A stretch of 64,000 nt of DNA from Diadema antillarum (taxonomy: Eukaryota). The stretch is taken from NCBI RefSeq assembly GCF_040938485.1, contig NW_027271266.1, positions 434,001 through 498,000 on the forward strand, in the 5' to 3' direction. Shown here in pieces: positions 24,506 through 39,601 of the stretch (within the stretch, counting starts at the first letter, position 1; each line of letters opens with the position of its first letter). Both the position numbers and the translations under genes were made by a program. The notes beneath the pieces were generated by a model. It was not told the origin of the DNA and searched no databases. It saw only the letters and a program-made list of their open reading frames with translations.

Positions 24506-27500
24506 TGATGCGCCTGTCTACTGATGCCACAGAAGAAGGGAACAAGAGTGGTGCTGATAGGTCAAAAAAGAAAAATAAAGAAAAAAATCACTCTCCAGCT
24601 GTAGCACTGTTGCAGAAAATATGTTTAGTATATCTTCATCATCAATGTCCTTCAGCAGTATCATTTTCTATTGTTACTTTCCCGTCTGCAGAAATATACA
24701 GTAGTGTCTCCTTGATCAGTTCTTTGAGTGAAATGTGCTTGCCTTTACTTTGATCAAGTCAAAAGATCATCACTGCTTTAATAGGCAGTGCTAGATATCT
24801 ATCCATAAAGTAACGCTTCCATCGGCTGCATCAATGAAAAAGAAAAAGTCAATCATTGTCCGTGTGTCTGGTAACTAGAAATATGTTAGTTTTGTAGAGT
24901 CCTTTTGCAATGTTGATTAGAGATCGCTGTTTACCAGACTCTATTCCATCATGTAGTGGATCTGTTTGCATTCTACTAAAATCAAAAGTAGTGAACACAA
25001 TTCCTGCTGTACATAAAAGTGATGATGCTGTTTTCTTTTTCTCCTCAAACATTTTGTGCTTCTCTTTTTCTTTTTGAAGTGCAGCAGTGGCATATAAGTC
25101 TGTTCATCTAGCAAGTCCACATTTGTTGTTGTTTTTATGCATATATTCCATCTTTTTTGTGTATGTAGGAATATGAACTTTCTTCATCCCAAGTGTTTCT
25201 AAATTTTTTAAGTGTCAGTGTGTGAAACAACTGATGTGGTTCACGCCATGTGTAACTATGCTTGAGAAATGACAATTGCAGGGTCTAAAGCAGATAGCAG
25301 AATTTTATTTTTGGATTCTTGGATAGTTTTTAGATACTCTATAAATGTTAAATTTTAGGATCTTGTTTGCTGAATTGCTATCAACAGATCAAGAAAAAGA
25401 GAAAAGATAACAAGTACCCATGCACTAGGATACTGTGGTCTTTGTTCATTCTGATGAAAAATCATTGGCTGAAACCTTACTGAAATCAGTGGAGTGCAGT
25501 TTGCTGTGAAGACAGTAGTTAATTGGCACCATGAATATTTGCAAAAATAAATGTTGATCCAAGTCAAGAACAATTATGGAGGTCAATTTGATCACAAAGA
25601 GATTGGACCTCTGTTACAAAACTTTTCAAGTTGTGTGTAGTATTTGATACATTAATGAGGAAATCATTCAATGATCCCGATATACATTGTATATGTTGGG
25701 GATCAAATTGAACACAAAACTGATATGGTGTGTAGTGACAAAAATTATTGTCACGCCAACACTATTATGAAATTCTACCCCATTTGGTGCATTGGTATGA
25801 TGATGAATGTACACCTAATGTACTTTGTATACACTGGGGGATTTTAATGGCAGGGTCCTGTAAAGAAACAGTGCTTTCAGATTTATAAACAACAACAACA
25901 ACAACCAAACATATCATTAAGTATAAAAATTGCTATCTTTCATACTATGATGAGGCTCAGGATTTAAATTTGCATGTGGTAGTCTTGAAGCTTTCACGAT
26001 CTGTCTAGGTAATCAGGATGATGCCACGCTATACCGCAGTGTATGAACTGCACCCGTGTATCAGCCACATCCCCAAATTCTGCCCGGATTATCATGAATA
26101 ATAATGAAGAAAAAAAACATGTAAGTTTGACACCTACACTTACATCTGATGGCCTTGATTGTATCATATTTAGAAGTCATTCAAAGTTTGTAGCTGAGTG
26201 CTAGATATCATAGCTGTGAGCGAGTGCGTCATGCAGCGCTTGGCGGGACTTTGAAAGTTACTTGCCATTTTGAGCCTCTAAACTTTAAAAAAAAAATGTC
26301 ATTTGATGTAAAACCAAACATGCTCCAGAGTTTTACTTTTTGCAGTCCTGCTGCTGCAAAAATATACTGCTAGGATAATCTGTTGTAGACTAACAATGTT
26401 TTGTCAGCACCAAATTTGTTGTTTTCTATGTATCTACTACCGACACCTTCTGTTAAAAACAGTGGTTAATATTATGTATTTTACACCCAAAACTGAAGTT
26501 TGGGCATATAGCATTGGGCAATGTTTGCTCACTATTCTCAAATACTTCACCTTTTTTTTTTCGGTGATAATTGTTTTTGATTGTTTGTTGTTTCTTATTC
26601 ATTCAGGTGGAGTCAAAGCAATCTTTATCCTACTATTGTGCCGAGTTCATATCTTGGGATTATAGTGCGGATCTAAATTAGGTGGACTGAATGAAGCTCA
26701 TACTCTATCAAGTGTTCATGCCAGAGCTCAACCAATTGAATGTTTGCAAATTTGTGGTTATGTCTTGCCTAGGTTCATGCTGTGTCTGTAAAAACACAAG
26801 AAGTGTATACATAGTACTGACAGCACTTGTAGCAGGTTGACATTAAGATTTCAGTCTTAGTTCCTGAGGGCATGGCCCACAACTTCTGAATCATTGATTA
26901 GCCAACCCATTTCAAGAATATTGTGTGATTATCGACACACTGATGATACGCACAACCAACAATTTTTGGCCGGAGACTTGCCAGTTTAGAAATAGAGAGT
27001 AATCATGCAGTCTATATCTACTCAGCAGATAGGACCTACCTTAATTGTTGCCGGAATGAAATGTTCAAAAATTGCTTCATAATGATGCCCAAGCTGGCAC
27101 TAAAGATGGTAGCGTGTTAACAATGTATAGCTACAGTTGTAGCTATAATTTGATAAAGAAATTCTTTGAGGTTTTTTTTTTCAACTTCCCATATATTCAA
27201 TAGCCATTGTCTGGTGCTGCTGGTAAAAAGTGTGTGATACTAGTTTTGCCTGTAGTATAGCCAGCTGTAGTTAGCTACCTGTGAGATACAAAGCAATTAT
27301 TCCAGGATGCTGGTACAAGTAGTTACTAGTATAGAACATGGTCAGTACAGAAATGTTTCAAGTTGGGATAAAGGAAAGGTCCAGTATTGCTGTGTGTGAT
27401 GTAAATGGCTCTCTCCATATGGGCAGTGCAGGTCGATCTGGGCTATACTACCGCAGACCAGCATGTAAAGAAATTCACACTGCCAAAAATATTTGCTGGT

Positions 27501-28848
27501 ATGTCACTTTTACACTGCATTCATTACTGGCAGGTGAAGAGCTTTTAGTAGGGAAGGGACGCAAAGACAAGAATGCTCGGTGCATTTCAAGCTGTTTCCA
27601 CATGATGATACACAACACAGTCAGGCTGTTGCATGTGTATTGTACATGTCTCCGCTAGACTTTCGGCTTGGTTTCCTAAAAGTATCGTAGTATGTAGGGT
27701 GCATACTAATTTGTCAGTGTGTCACACTTACTGCAGCAGTGGTGTAATTTCAGAAACTTGCCTGTATTCTTTAGATCAAATTAAGTCTTAATTAAACAAA
27801 CCAGAAATAAAATGAAGTAAACCAAAGCAGAATTTCTGTATTTACCATGCCAGTCACTGTGATGCTGAGACTAACATCATATGTTCATTGGGTGCAGAAT
27901 TCTATTCAGTCGTTCATACAACATGATCTGGTTAAGTAGGTATTCTTTAGATTGGTGGAATTGCCTAATATTCTTAGTCATACAACTAAATCTAGCCTAA
28001 AGCAAATATGCTCTAAGGAAAATTGAAGAAAAAAAGTGTGTTGTGGTGGGGTTTTTTTTGTGTGTGTGATTAGCAGTTTAAAGGGGCATCACACTGTCAT
28101 TAAATAATGACTTTGATGTCAAGATAATCAGTGACCATGTGCAGTCTCAGCTGGGTGTCATAAAATGTTTTCCAGCCTAAAAAGCACGGGGAAACATTAG
28201 TGTACTTCAGCCTGAAAATCAATTTTTCAGTAACAGTTTTCAAAAGTAATTACAAAGAAAAAGAAATGACACTGTAGATTTAGTGCTCTTATACTGCCAC
28301 AGACGATTCGACATTCATGTATAGACAGGGCTGAGTTCGCAATAGGAAATTTAGAAATACAGTCAAACCTGTCTTCAATGGGCACCTGCAAAGTATGGTC
28401 TTGATTGAAAAAAAAAAAGCAAAAGCAAACAAACTGTATGTACTAATTTTCGAGAGCTTATTAAAAGAGCCTGTGTAAGAAACATGCAAGGAAATTAATT
28501 GTATGACAGGTACTTTGCGAAGGACAGTGGCTTACCAACTTTTTGACGACCCTCCTATTCCTTTCCCCGTAGGAAGGCAAAGTGTGAGAGGCTTCTTGTC
28601 GCTTTTCTATGGTGATGAAACCTTTGTTTGGAGTGTGATGATAGTTTAAGCCTTCCTTTTTTTGCAATCAAGCAATTCTATCAATCTCTCTCTTTTTTTG
28701 TAACGCAGTTAGTGGTTTCTTTGTGACCGCAAAAGAAGTAATGAATGCCTTTGAGCAACTAGTCATAAGACCAACAGCTTAAAGTCAAGCAAGAGGTTAT
28801 GATAAAGCAGAGGGATGAAGATATGAGGTTGAGCCTAAAGTCACCTCG

Positions 28849-28978
28849 TAAGAACTAGGCGATGAGGATAAAGTGCCTCTGCCTAGGGCACAACCTACTG
28901 CAGGCAGGGGACTTGAACCAGGAGCCTCATGACTGATAGTCCATGGTCTTGTATCCACTGAGCCACATCAGGCCCACA
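28849..28978 (-). mobile_element. decayed tRNA-SINE 5' head
   Basis: Reverse strand reads TGGCTCAGTGG ... GGTTCAAGTCC ... GGCACTTTATCCTCATCGCC. Confidence 0.65.
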
Positions 28979-29279
28979 TTTGATTGTGAGCAGGATGTAG
29001 GATAGGTTGGAGACCTGTAGAAGTTACTCCCCTCTGCTTGTCTTGTCGTCCACTTCAAACGGTCTCTCTCTCTCTCTTAATCGTGCCAGAAGCTTCTACA
29101 GCTTATGATGCCTAAATCAACCTGCTTCCTTCTTGTACCTGATGAATCTTTGTTGATCTTACACAAGTAATATTGATAAAAGAGGACATTTCTGGTCATT
29201 TTAAGCAAAAGTTTTATTACAGAACCTTGAGTTTGTAATCTCATTTTGAATTTGGAATTAGTCATTCTGTGAAAATATA

Positions 29280-29310
<31 letters not shown>

Positions 29311-29921
29311 GGGGGGGGGGTTCAGGTGATTTACTGGAGTGTTCTGATAGAATTTGTTTATTTTGTTCATTTTTGTTATTTGCAGATTACTTTATGGGGG
29401 GGGGGGGGGTAGGATAAGGATGAGTATAAAGGGTGAAAAAAAAAATACAAAGAACAGACAGAGGCAATTATTACACAGCCACTCTGTTTGCTTAAACTTG
29501 CCTACCATATGAAATGTCAATTTTTGGCTGAAAATCTCTATTTGCCTTTGCCGATGTAAGACATCATAATTATTTATACATGAATTATAGCTTGAATGCA
29601 TTCTATGCACTGCTCACTTCAACATGCAATAATGATTGTTTTTCTTTAATGAATAGAATAGAACCATAAACGTTTCTGTGCATCTTGTGTGTGTTTGCGT
29701 TTGTTTGTTTGTTTGTTTGTATCTGTCGAAGAACGTGACAAGATTTCTCTTGCAGTGTTTCAGTAGAGTGAATGCAAAATCAAGTGTTGCCGTAATGAGC
29801 TCTGTGACATATGACTTTTTTGCTGTTTAAGCATTCACCTCAGAACAAGGATAAAGTCAGCAGGAAAGATTAAAGAGGCCAAGAATACACACTATCACTG
29901 GTTTCAGACTTTGATGAGATG

Positions 29922-30217
29922 CAGAGACTCCAACTCTCCCGTTTTCAACGGGAGATCTCCCGCCGAAAAGCCATTTTTGCAAAATCTTCCGCTCTCCCGC
30001 TTGAGATTTAATTTCTCCCGCCCTGGCTATGTGTCTCCGGTTGGAAAGGATTTCTTACTTATTGCTAATGTATGTTGAGAAATATAAGCCTTAGATAGCA
30101 CCAGAGAGCATCTAAACCCGAGGAACTTCGCACACATCAACTTGGAGTCTCCCGTTTGCTAGGGGTTTTGGGCGGGAGAATCTCCAGATCAGAAGGTGCT
30201 TGGGGTTGGAGTCTCTG
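29922..30217. mobile_element. hAT-like MITE
   Basis: TIR CAGAGACTCCAAC ... GTTGGAGTCTCTG with TCTCCCG/CGGGAGA subrepeats. Confidence 0.7.
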
Positions 30218-32435
30218 GAAATGCTGGGAGAAATTAGTGAGACTAGTGCAGCAGTCTTACCACAGTTAACTGATTCTTGCTGGTTTCCATCGCTGGCATG
30301 CCTGAGTGCTGACAAAACTGCACATACCCCTCGTAATTTAGAAGCGAAATGGAGCAAGTTGAAATGTGTGTTGTCTCTTGCAGTGCAGATATGAATGTAG
30401 CTTCTTTTTTTTTTGTTGCAAATACTCATTTTTATTATTTTTGCTGAGTATACAGTACTTACAATCCTAATTTGAGGATTCTCACTTGTAATAGGCAAAG
30501 GAATGTAGTGCACCAAAGTCTTAATGTTTTTAACGATATTCACCACAAGCAGTATTAATTTAGAGATTGTTATTCTTTTCACTTTTTGGGGGTGCTGGTT
30601 TGCAACTTGAAACATTATTCTGTTATTGCCTGTAGCCATGGTAATTTTTAGACATATGCATGGAAAATCAACAGCCCTTTGAATTCCATGCTTTGTTAAG
30701 ATGTCAATGTGTATTTCTGTATCACATTTATGAATCGTAGTTAGCATTGTTGCCATGGAAATTTACAGCACTTGCCAAGACACTGGAATAGCTTTAGAAA
30801 TGTTCAGCCTGTAATCGCAATAGGATAAAAATCATAATACTCTCTCTTTCCTTTTCTCTTTTTTTATTCTTTCATCATTCTTTTATTTGCGTGATATTTC
30901 CTGTTTGAAAGTATGTTTCCTTTGTTTTTTTTTTCACTGAATAGAAAGATGAGGAGTGACTTGTATGTATGTAAAAAGTTTCAGCAAATCTGTGTATTTA
31001 CCACTTTGTGATTACAGTCAAATATATGCTATGGAAAGGATACACTTGCCAGGACTGTAATGAATAGCAATAAGAATGTACAGGTTTTCTTCTCTGTGGG
31101 TTCAAAATCTTGATGTTTTTTCCTCGCTCACACAAGGCTGAGAGAAGATTATTCATAGTCATATTAAAGTAACGATGATGCGAAGACATCCAGACCTATG
31201 TACCTCTTTCTCAAAAAATGTGCATCCGTGTTATATGCTGATAACGTTTCTGGTTCTACTGTATGTATCCTGTATTAAAGAAGCCACGTTGTCAAAGAGT
31301 GTGAGGTGTTATCCTGTAACCCATCAGTTAAATCCAGATACCGTAAGTTCATCATGATAGCATGATGTCTGTGAGTACAATCTATTGTGTAATTGACAAT
31401 CAAATGAAAGTGCAGCACCATCAAATATTCCCCAATTATAAGTAGATTAAATGCAAAAATTAGCACTTTCTACTTGCTGTAGTCTGAACTTGTCGCTCAG
31501 GAAAATCAAGAGAGTATTATAAATGGAGAGTGAGCTCCTGACCATCAAAGGAGCGTTTGCACGGAGAAAATCGACTTATTCAGTCCAAGGTAAGGAGGGT
31601 GTTTTTTTTTTGTCGAAGCTGATGGATGGAGGGACCTTCTACTTCTTGATGGTAGGATATAAACTTTGTTGCACTGAAGAATCAGCTGTAAAGTGTGCTG
31701 AAAAAAAGAGGGAGGTAAAAGTGAAAGTGCAGAAAGTGAAAACTGCTAGGATAAAGGCACTTGATAAGGAATGCAGTTTCACACCATCTCTACAATGATA
31801 GGAGAGCATGAAATGTTGAAATATACCCGTATACAGAGAAGTAAGATAAAAGCTGCCATATTCTTTTCTGTCATGATTGATACCATTGATTTTAATATGT
31901 TACATACTTCTGCGACAGTGTGCGTTGCTGATATTGATTTGAGATCATGCCATAATATGTCTGTATTATTTTGTTACTTATGTCATGAATGAAGCACAGC
32001 AAGTTTTCCCTCAGATGCGATGTTCTTACATGTGATACTTTACAACGTGATTGGTTCTCTTCTCTCATCTGCATACTTTAAGGATACTTTGACTGTCGTA
32101 ATTGCCATTTCCGGTGTGTAGGAACAGAATGGCTAGTGTTACCACTGAGAATATATTCAGCAATATTGCCGGAAAGGATCAATTGGATTTTCATCGTACA
32201 TATTTTCATTGCTTTCACTGTCTCATAGATAACATAGTGCTACATGATATGATATGACATGATAAATTAAATTCAAATGAAGTAATACTATGAAGCTTGA
32301 AACATATGTGTATATACTGCACCAAATAAACAATACTGTTGCATTTTGTATCATACATGCTCAGATTTGAAATAAAAAAGTACAGTATATGTTTGCTAGG
32401 AGATGGAAAAAAAAAGGCATGAGATTTTCAATAGT

Positions 32436-32694
32436 GATATCGCATATCGTCGCTGGGGCGACAAGACCTCGTATCTACAAAATGTCAAATGTTCAGGAGA
32501 GCCAAAAAAACATGGCAGCCAAAGCACTATGGTGAATGGGATAGCCTTTCCTTTGACATGCCGTGGGGGCTTCATTTTTGGAGTAAGACAGTTGGGATTT
32601 GGACAGGACATCACTTGACCATTAATCCAAAAAAGTCATTTTCACCAAAATTGCAGATACAAGGTCTTGTCACCTCAGCGCCGATATGTATATC
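32436..32694. mobile_element. inverted-repeat MITE
   Basis: GATATCGCATATCGTCGCTGGGGCGACAAGACCTCGTATCTACAA versus inverted TTGCAGATACAAGGTCTTGTCACCTCAGCGCCGATATGTATATC. Confidence 0.7.
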
Positions 32695-35332
32695 AGAGCT
32701 CAGATTTGTTCTAATATTGGTAATGTTACATCCTCCTTAGAGCACATTGACCAGGTACATATATTTGTATCATGTTTCCTTGCAGTTGATTTTTTTTTTT
32801 CCAAATGGGATATTGGATATGCATTTGTTTTGTGTACTGATACAAGCAGGGTTGTGACTTGTATAAACTTATATCTTGTATAGAAGTATGGATGTATTGA
32901 CATTGCACTAATTTTTGTCAAATATCTCAAAATTATAGTGATTACTACAAGGGCCTTTGTTAGTTGGTCTGAAGAAGACTGATGTGAGTCTCTTAAAGTT
33001 GCAGTGATAGTAACACTGCTGTAGACACTGCAATATATGTAGATATATAGATTATGGTATTTTCATATACATTGTATGACCAACATTTCTAGAATGTAGC
33101 TAGTAAGCTTTGCCTCCAGATGACATGCTCTATTTTAGGAACCCTTCAATTCAAGAAAAGTGCACAGAGATATATCTAGCAAAACTGTAATATGAACATA
33201 TACTGTCATTTCATATACTATAGATTGTTACAATTATAGCAATATGAATGAAAATGAATAATCCAATGTTGTCCAAATGATTTTTAGTTCACCTTTCTTT
33301 TCATCATTTTTTCTTTAAATCCATGTAATGACAATACTTTTTTGTAGCAATTTTGATCAGGTATTTTTAAAAGAATCTGAAAATTTTGATCTGTCCATCC
33401 CTCAACTGATCACTTGTGGGAAATGAAGCCTTTCCGTTTTTGTTTTTTATTTTACCTTCCTGGTATCTGATTAATTTCATTTTTTTGAATTTATTTACTA
33501 GATAATATTCATTCTATTTTTAGGGTGAAGGGGATGTGGCAATTGTAAAAACAAAAAGAAAAGATATATATATCTTATTTGATTTTTTTGTGGGGGTGGG
33601 GGGATGGGGCTGATTTTACCATTGCAGGGGATAGAAGAAATATGTATGATTGGAAGAAGAGAAGAGAAAAGCTAGACCCTGTCAGTAGTTTGTGCTGTTT
33701 GATCTGAAGAGCCTACAAGTTTAATGAGTTTTTTAAATCTTGATGTCACCATTACTACTTTCTCATAGTGCCACTCCAGTGTGTACGTTTAGGCCTTAAA
33801 GTGTGATGACAATTCTAAAAGCAGTATTACAGTAGTATATTTTTAAAGAAGTCAGTATTAAGATGATTATATGATGGGTTATAAAGGTACAATGTGAGGT
33901 ACTGATTCGAGATTCTTTAAAAGAATTTAATTATAATCACTCCCCATTTATTAACTGCCTGTGGGAGTACTTTTTTATCATCTGGAAAAATCTTAAAGGG
34001 TTTTAAGATTTTGCGTTTTGTTATTCTTTTGTATAAGATGGTATTTGTGTTGGAATATTCATAGGTTTTTCACAGACCTTAAGTGAAACCCTGTTTGAAC
34101 TTTAAGGTGGAGATAAATGTAGGAATATTCATCAGAATTTACCCCCACACACAATAACATAACTATATGAAATGTATGATGACTAGAATGTGTGTCGCTA
34201 ACTAAGGCATGTATTACCGTCTTAATTTATTAGTTTCATGCTTACTTGACAGTGATATTGTTTTCCAGACAGATTTAGTTTGTACAAAAGAAACGTTGTT
34301 GATGATTATGAGTCTCTTCTTTCTTGCAGGACATGTAGTAAGAATGTGTGATTTTTAAGGAAATGTTTCTCTTTCAAAGTTGTGCAGCTTTCTTTTGAAG
34401 TTGTGTAACTTCAGAGTTATACAAATCATGTACAAGCCCAGTTATGAGCACTCGGCAGTACATGTTGCAGTCTCATGACAGGAGCAGATCACATTGCATT
34501 TCTAGTGTGTATGTCTGTGGGATGCAACATGGTATAATGTGCCGGGACCTATGAGGTAAAGAATGGCATAATACTTTCATTTTGCTCTTTGTGATTTTAT
34601 TTTTATCATGTTTGCACTTTGATATCCTCGCGTAGTCCCAGGGGATTAGATTTATGAGTGAATCTATTTCTACCGTACCTTAACCGTGAGAGAGTTTTAA
34701 TAATTGATGTATGCTTAAATGCAAATTGACACAACTCGTCTGTCCCTTGTGGATCGCTTGGGACAAGGCTCTCCTCACAACAGTGTGTTAAACATATCTG
34801 TGTTTGAGATTTTCGGGTGTCTTTGTTCACACTCTGTAGGAACAATGAATATAGAAACAATCAAATGTATTTATTAAATGAAGAGATGTATCTATAGCAC
34901 ATGAAAGTAAAAGAAGTTTATTGTATATTGCTGCATGCAGCAAAACTTATGCAAGCTCATTTGTTTCCCTCGGCCTTAGATGATCTCTATATTGGCAACA
35001 ATCTTGTGAGATATGTACAAGTATTTTTTTTAACTTTTATTTATTCATCTTTTTTTGTTTTGTTTTGGTACTGCTTGAATGAATGATCTCACCGAGCTTT
35101 GTCTCCACAAGCACACCAGGGTTTTATGCATGGAATAAAACTGATATGCCGAGTAAAGTTTGAAAGAGTTGCATTTTCTTGAAGACCTCATTTCATGTTG
35201 AGTGTATGGACTTGGTGCACAGGTTGTACCATGTTTCTTCCTCAGTATCTGTTGCCGTATCATCAATTAACATCATTGCAAAGTTTTCACTTAAAAACAT
35301 TGGATGGATGCATGTATGTATGTATGTATGTA

Positions 35333-35378
<46 letters not shown>

Positions 35379-36314
35379 ATGTACATATGAATGTGTGTAT
35401 GTGTGTATGTGAAGGGTGACGAAACGTGCCATATGAGCAAACCAAGTGGTGATTGCGTATAATTTGCTCAGCACATGCACAGCTACGCTAGATTTAAATT
35501 TCACATTTCAGACTCTTATAATACAGGATCATGGACCAATGGCATATCAAAAGAAAAATATCACAATAAAATATCATGGTCCAAATTATACACTGGACAA
35601 ATTTAACTTTTTTTAATAGTCCAAACTTAGTCTTATTTTTCATAGAAACCTGCCACCGAGAAGATTTTAAAGAAATTAATAGAGGTGATGCACAAAACGT
35701 GAGGATAATTTATCTTGAAATTGTGCTGATATGGCCTGATCCACAAAACTCAAAACACACATACACACACACAAACCCCACATTTTTGGTGCTAGGGATC
35801 ATGTTTGGATGAGAGATGGTTGTTAAATATTTAGAAAATACTGTAAGTTAGGGCCACTATCCTTATGACTTGCACCGACACACAAACACCTCAACACATC
35901 ATGGATAAAGGAAGCCGTGTAGACGAATGCACTTTTGTCATAGTTACGTAGATTATTGTAATATGGGAGCACCTCAATGTAAAGAAAATACATATTATAT
36001 ATATCTGCATGTGACACACAACAATACTCAGCACTATAGTCAATTCATGGCTTAGAGCAGAAAATACATATAAAAATAGTCTTGACATACACATTATCTA
36101 TCTACACAAGTAGGTTTGTAGCAGCCAAGATTTGCCAGAAGCAATGACATCATACCTGGTAGTTGTCAAGTTCTAAAAGAAAGAAAAATCTGTCTGTTAA
36201 ATTCAAGTTAAGTCGGGTATAGACCTTATAACTCCTTGCCTTGAGTCTCAGTGTTGACTTGGCTCATTTCTGTCTTTGGCGATTACATTTGGCAAAGCCC
36301 AATATCGCAACATG

Positions 36315-36725
36315 TAGGCTCATAACTAGGATTTTTTATGGGAGGGTTCAGAATTAGAAAAAGTGGTCTTATTTAAATATGTTTATGTTCAGTTCCGTTA
36401 TTTTAAACATTGGGGACTCAAAGAATATTTCTGGTGCCACTTCTGGGTTTAATCAGCTGACAAGCAAAGAAAGAAAGAAAAAAACCAGGCTCCCTCCTGC
36501 AATTTTTTCATTTCTCGTGCCACTTCCGGGTTTCATCGGCTGGCAAACAAAAAAGAAAAAAGAAGCAAAAAAAGAAAAAGAAAAAGAAGAAACGGTTCAG
36601 CACAATTTTCTGGTGCCACTAAAATCAGCTAACGTGCGCCTGGTGCCCCCCCCCCCCCCCCCCCCCGATTTGCTGCTGGCATAGGGTTCCTTGGAACCCC
36701 CTGAATCCCCCTAGTTACGGGCCTG
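36315..36725. mobile_element. hAT-like MITE with poly-C tract
   Basis: TAGGCTCATAACTAGG ... CCTAGTTACGGGCCTG termini; internal GTGCCACTTCC repeats. Confidence 0.6.
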
Positions 36726-37293
36726 ACATCACACTGGGAACACTTTGTACAGGTACCATTCGTGCCTTCATTGTTTCTTTCAGTTCGGCATCTTTTGGGG
36801 TGCTTGATCTGTGAAAATACTGTTGCAAAGGACGTGCTTGTAAACATCCTTACCAAGCAACGTCAGCACACATGAGCTATACACTTGGCAGGTTTGGGGT
36901 TGCGATTTTTGTATGGGGTGATACTACAAGGGTCAATCCAATCCGTGGCAACACTGACTGGCAAAGTGCAGTCACATGACTTCTTTTCTTACACCAGCTT
37001 CATATACGAAGACAATTCACAACCCTGCAGCAAAATACTAAAAAAGCAAAATAATTTCTGTCATATTTCCCCAAATCACTGCAACAGTAATTTTAACATC
37101 ACATAAAAACTTAGAATTACATTCCTCCCACTATCATACATAGAAAAGTTACTTTACATAGAATTTTTATAGAATTTTCAGTGTTTGTATTTCAGGCAGA
37201 TAGGTACACACAAATCTCAATTAATGGAAGAATTATCTTGTTAGCATCCTAACTACTGCAAAAAATGAAATGGTATTGAAAAAAAAAAGCATA

Positions 37294-37299
37294 TTTATT
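37294..37299 (-). terminator. candidate polyadenylation signal of MATCAP gene
   Basis: AATAAA on the minus strand followed by a T-rich tract. I saw no recognisable transposon between 37300 and 38950, as expected for a 3' UTR. An alternative AATAAA lies at 37757-37762. Confidence 0.3.
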
Positions 37300-38952
37300 T
37301 GATACATAATGACATCTGCAACAATACACATATTACAATATACTTTCCTAAAGTAATATAGTTTCAATGATTGATAAATCTGGGCAACTGTTTCTCTATG
37401 GTACAATACATGGTCACAACACTCTGCATCAAACAGACTTTGCAGCACCTATAAGCTTTAAAATCAATTTATATTTCGTTACACTTTATGTACATATTTC
37501 TTTATCACGATCAAGAGAGTATTTCTCCTTCTTTTAATCTGTCAGAAACAGCATTTTTTTAAATACATGCAATGTCCATGCTTTGCATAAAATTGATTTT
37601 GAACATCGGTCTACTACACTGTAGAGATACTATAAGAGGTCCATACTACATCCTTAGGATTCCTGGACTATAACAGGCTAAACGTTTCTATTTCAAGTTG
37701 TCATGACTCAATTTCATTTATGCACAAGCTACGACAACAGAAAAAAAAAATCATTATTTATTGTTCTGTGATATCATAATACCACCTATCCCTCATAAAT
37801 CAAACTTCATCATCATTTTGTAATTAGAGAGAGAAAAGGCTCCTGATTTCCATGTACACTTTTTTGTAGTGCTGGCAGCAAGAATTTAGTTTTGTAAAAA
37901 TTCTGAAAAAAAAATCAAATATTGTTAAACTTGCTTTCTTCATTCACAATAAACTCAAATAATATCATGGCATTGAACTACAATTGAGAGGGACAAAAAA
38001 AAATCATTCTAAAACAAATATGACAATAAAAAAATGACCTAACAGCAAATCACAGCTGTAAATTGACCCTTTGTGGATAGTACAATAATGTAATTGGCAA
38101 GAAAGGAAGGGATGTTAAGATCTGCCTTTTAAAGACCAAAAACTCTGGAAGACAGCAATGCTCTAATATCTAAAATCAGCAATGACAAAGCTACAAGCAA
38201 ATACATATGTGAATAAAAAAGTTTGGCAAGAATTATACAGTACCAAGGTATGTCTTGAGAGGAAGTTAAACTAACGCGAGAGACTCAAAAATTGTCTTCA
38301 ATGCACTTCTGGTTGAGCTTACAAGCCATTTCTTGTACTAGCCACTTGTTGGTAAACCAGTAAAGAAAACACCATACATAGTTTGGGAATGACATTGATA
38401 GAAATGTATGTTAGGGCAAACTAAAACTGTCTTTAATCAACACACGTTAAACATAGCTGTCTGAATGCGCACACTGATGATCTCTAGTTCCTGGTTAATG
38501 GTGGCTAGTAAAACAGGAAAAGAAGTCCTGCTGAGTTTCTTATGCCAAAACAAGGAGAACAATGTACAAAATATCAATGGAGTTTGTAACACATTCTTCA
38601 CTTTGAAGACATTGTGCGGTGAGTAAAATTAAGACAGCATTCTAGATATCCCTCAACAAGCTGACTTTTGCATTTGCACTATCTTCCTCTGGGTGTAAGA
38701 GTCTACACAACTATATGAAGAAACAGACATGCAAAATAAGTCTTGGCATGTGTGACAAATCTTGATAGCTCCCAAACATCCAAGATCATTAGCAAAAATT
38801 CATTTCCCAATGCTGAATGGGGACTGGATTGACTCATGATGGAATATGGCACACGGCGTGGCAACAAGCACGAAAATTACAGAAATTGTTACGGCTTTCT
38901 ACCCATAAAGTACTGATAGAAATCACATCTGCAGGTGGAGAGATAATTATTG

Positions 38953-39239
38953 TCATCGTTCACAGCTTTCCATAGTCGGGAAGGCTTCAGCAAGCTCCTT
39001 GTCTGTAATCCGGTTCTTGAGTCGAATCTCGTTCAGCTGCTGGAGGTAGGACTCGAGGTCGACCATGAAGGAGGGAATGGCGACCACGCCATCGGCCATC
39101 ACCGCCTCACGCCGCAGCCGCTCCACGTCCTGGAAGGCCACTCGGCCCATCTTGACCAGGGCGTGGAAGTCGATCTCGTGGCGAAATCGCAAAACCTGCA
39201 AGGCCCCACTGAGGTAGACCTGGTCCTTGTTGAAGCAAC
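38953..39239 (-). CDS. MATCAP: MATCAP-family gene, exon 4 (terminal coding exon)
   Basis: Acceptor ATGTAG|GT. Encodes GCFNKDQVYLSGALQVLRFRHEIDFHALVKMGRVAFQDVERL...ESCER-stop, closely resembling the KIAA0895/KIAA0895L C-terminus. Confidence 0.95.
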
Positions 39240-39601
39240 CTACATACATAGTCGAGGAGTCAAAGAGAGGGCAGAAAATTTAACTCAAAGTGATCATTGA
39301 GACGTACAAAAAATAAGATTGTGATTCTTTTAAATACAATACATTTCATACTGCAAACAAAACACAATAAAACAAAACCATATCGTTTACTTTTTTAAGT
39401 CGGAAATTGCTCATAAAGTTTGTCCCAACATGCTAAAATCGAAACTTATTTTACTGTGTCACATATTTTTAAATTGTTTTCTGAAAAATCATTGACTACT
39501 TGTAGAGACAAACTTTTCCTCATAGGATACATGACTTAATCTTCGAAGAAGTTTGTTTCAATATCATCTCTATAAAAACATGTGGGCAGATTCTGACTGA
39601 C

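Noticed and set aside
32964-33005. CTGAAGAAGAC...GTCT motif resembling a Penelope hammerhead
   Set aside because: It lacks the GAAA half of the core and has no adjacent Penelope coding remnant.
35179-35504. ORFs rich in CVCV/HTHT/YIYI (also at 391-938 and 52811-53143)
   Set aside because: They are translations of dinucleotide microsatellites.
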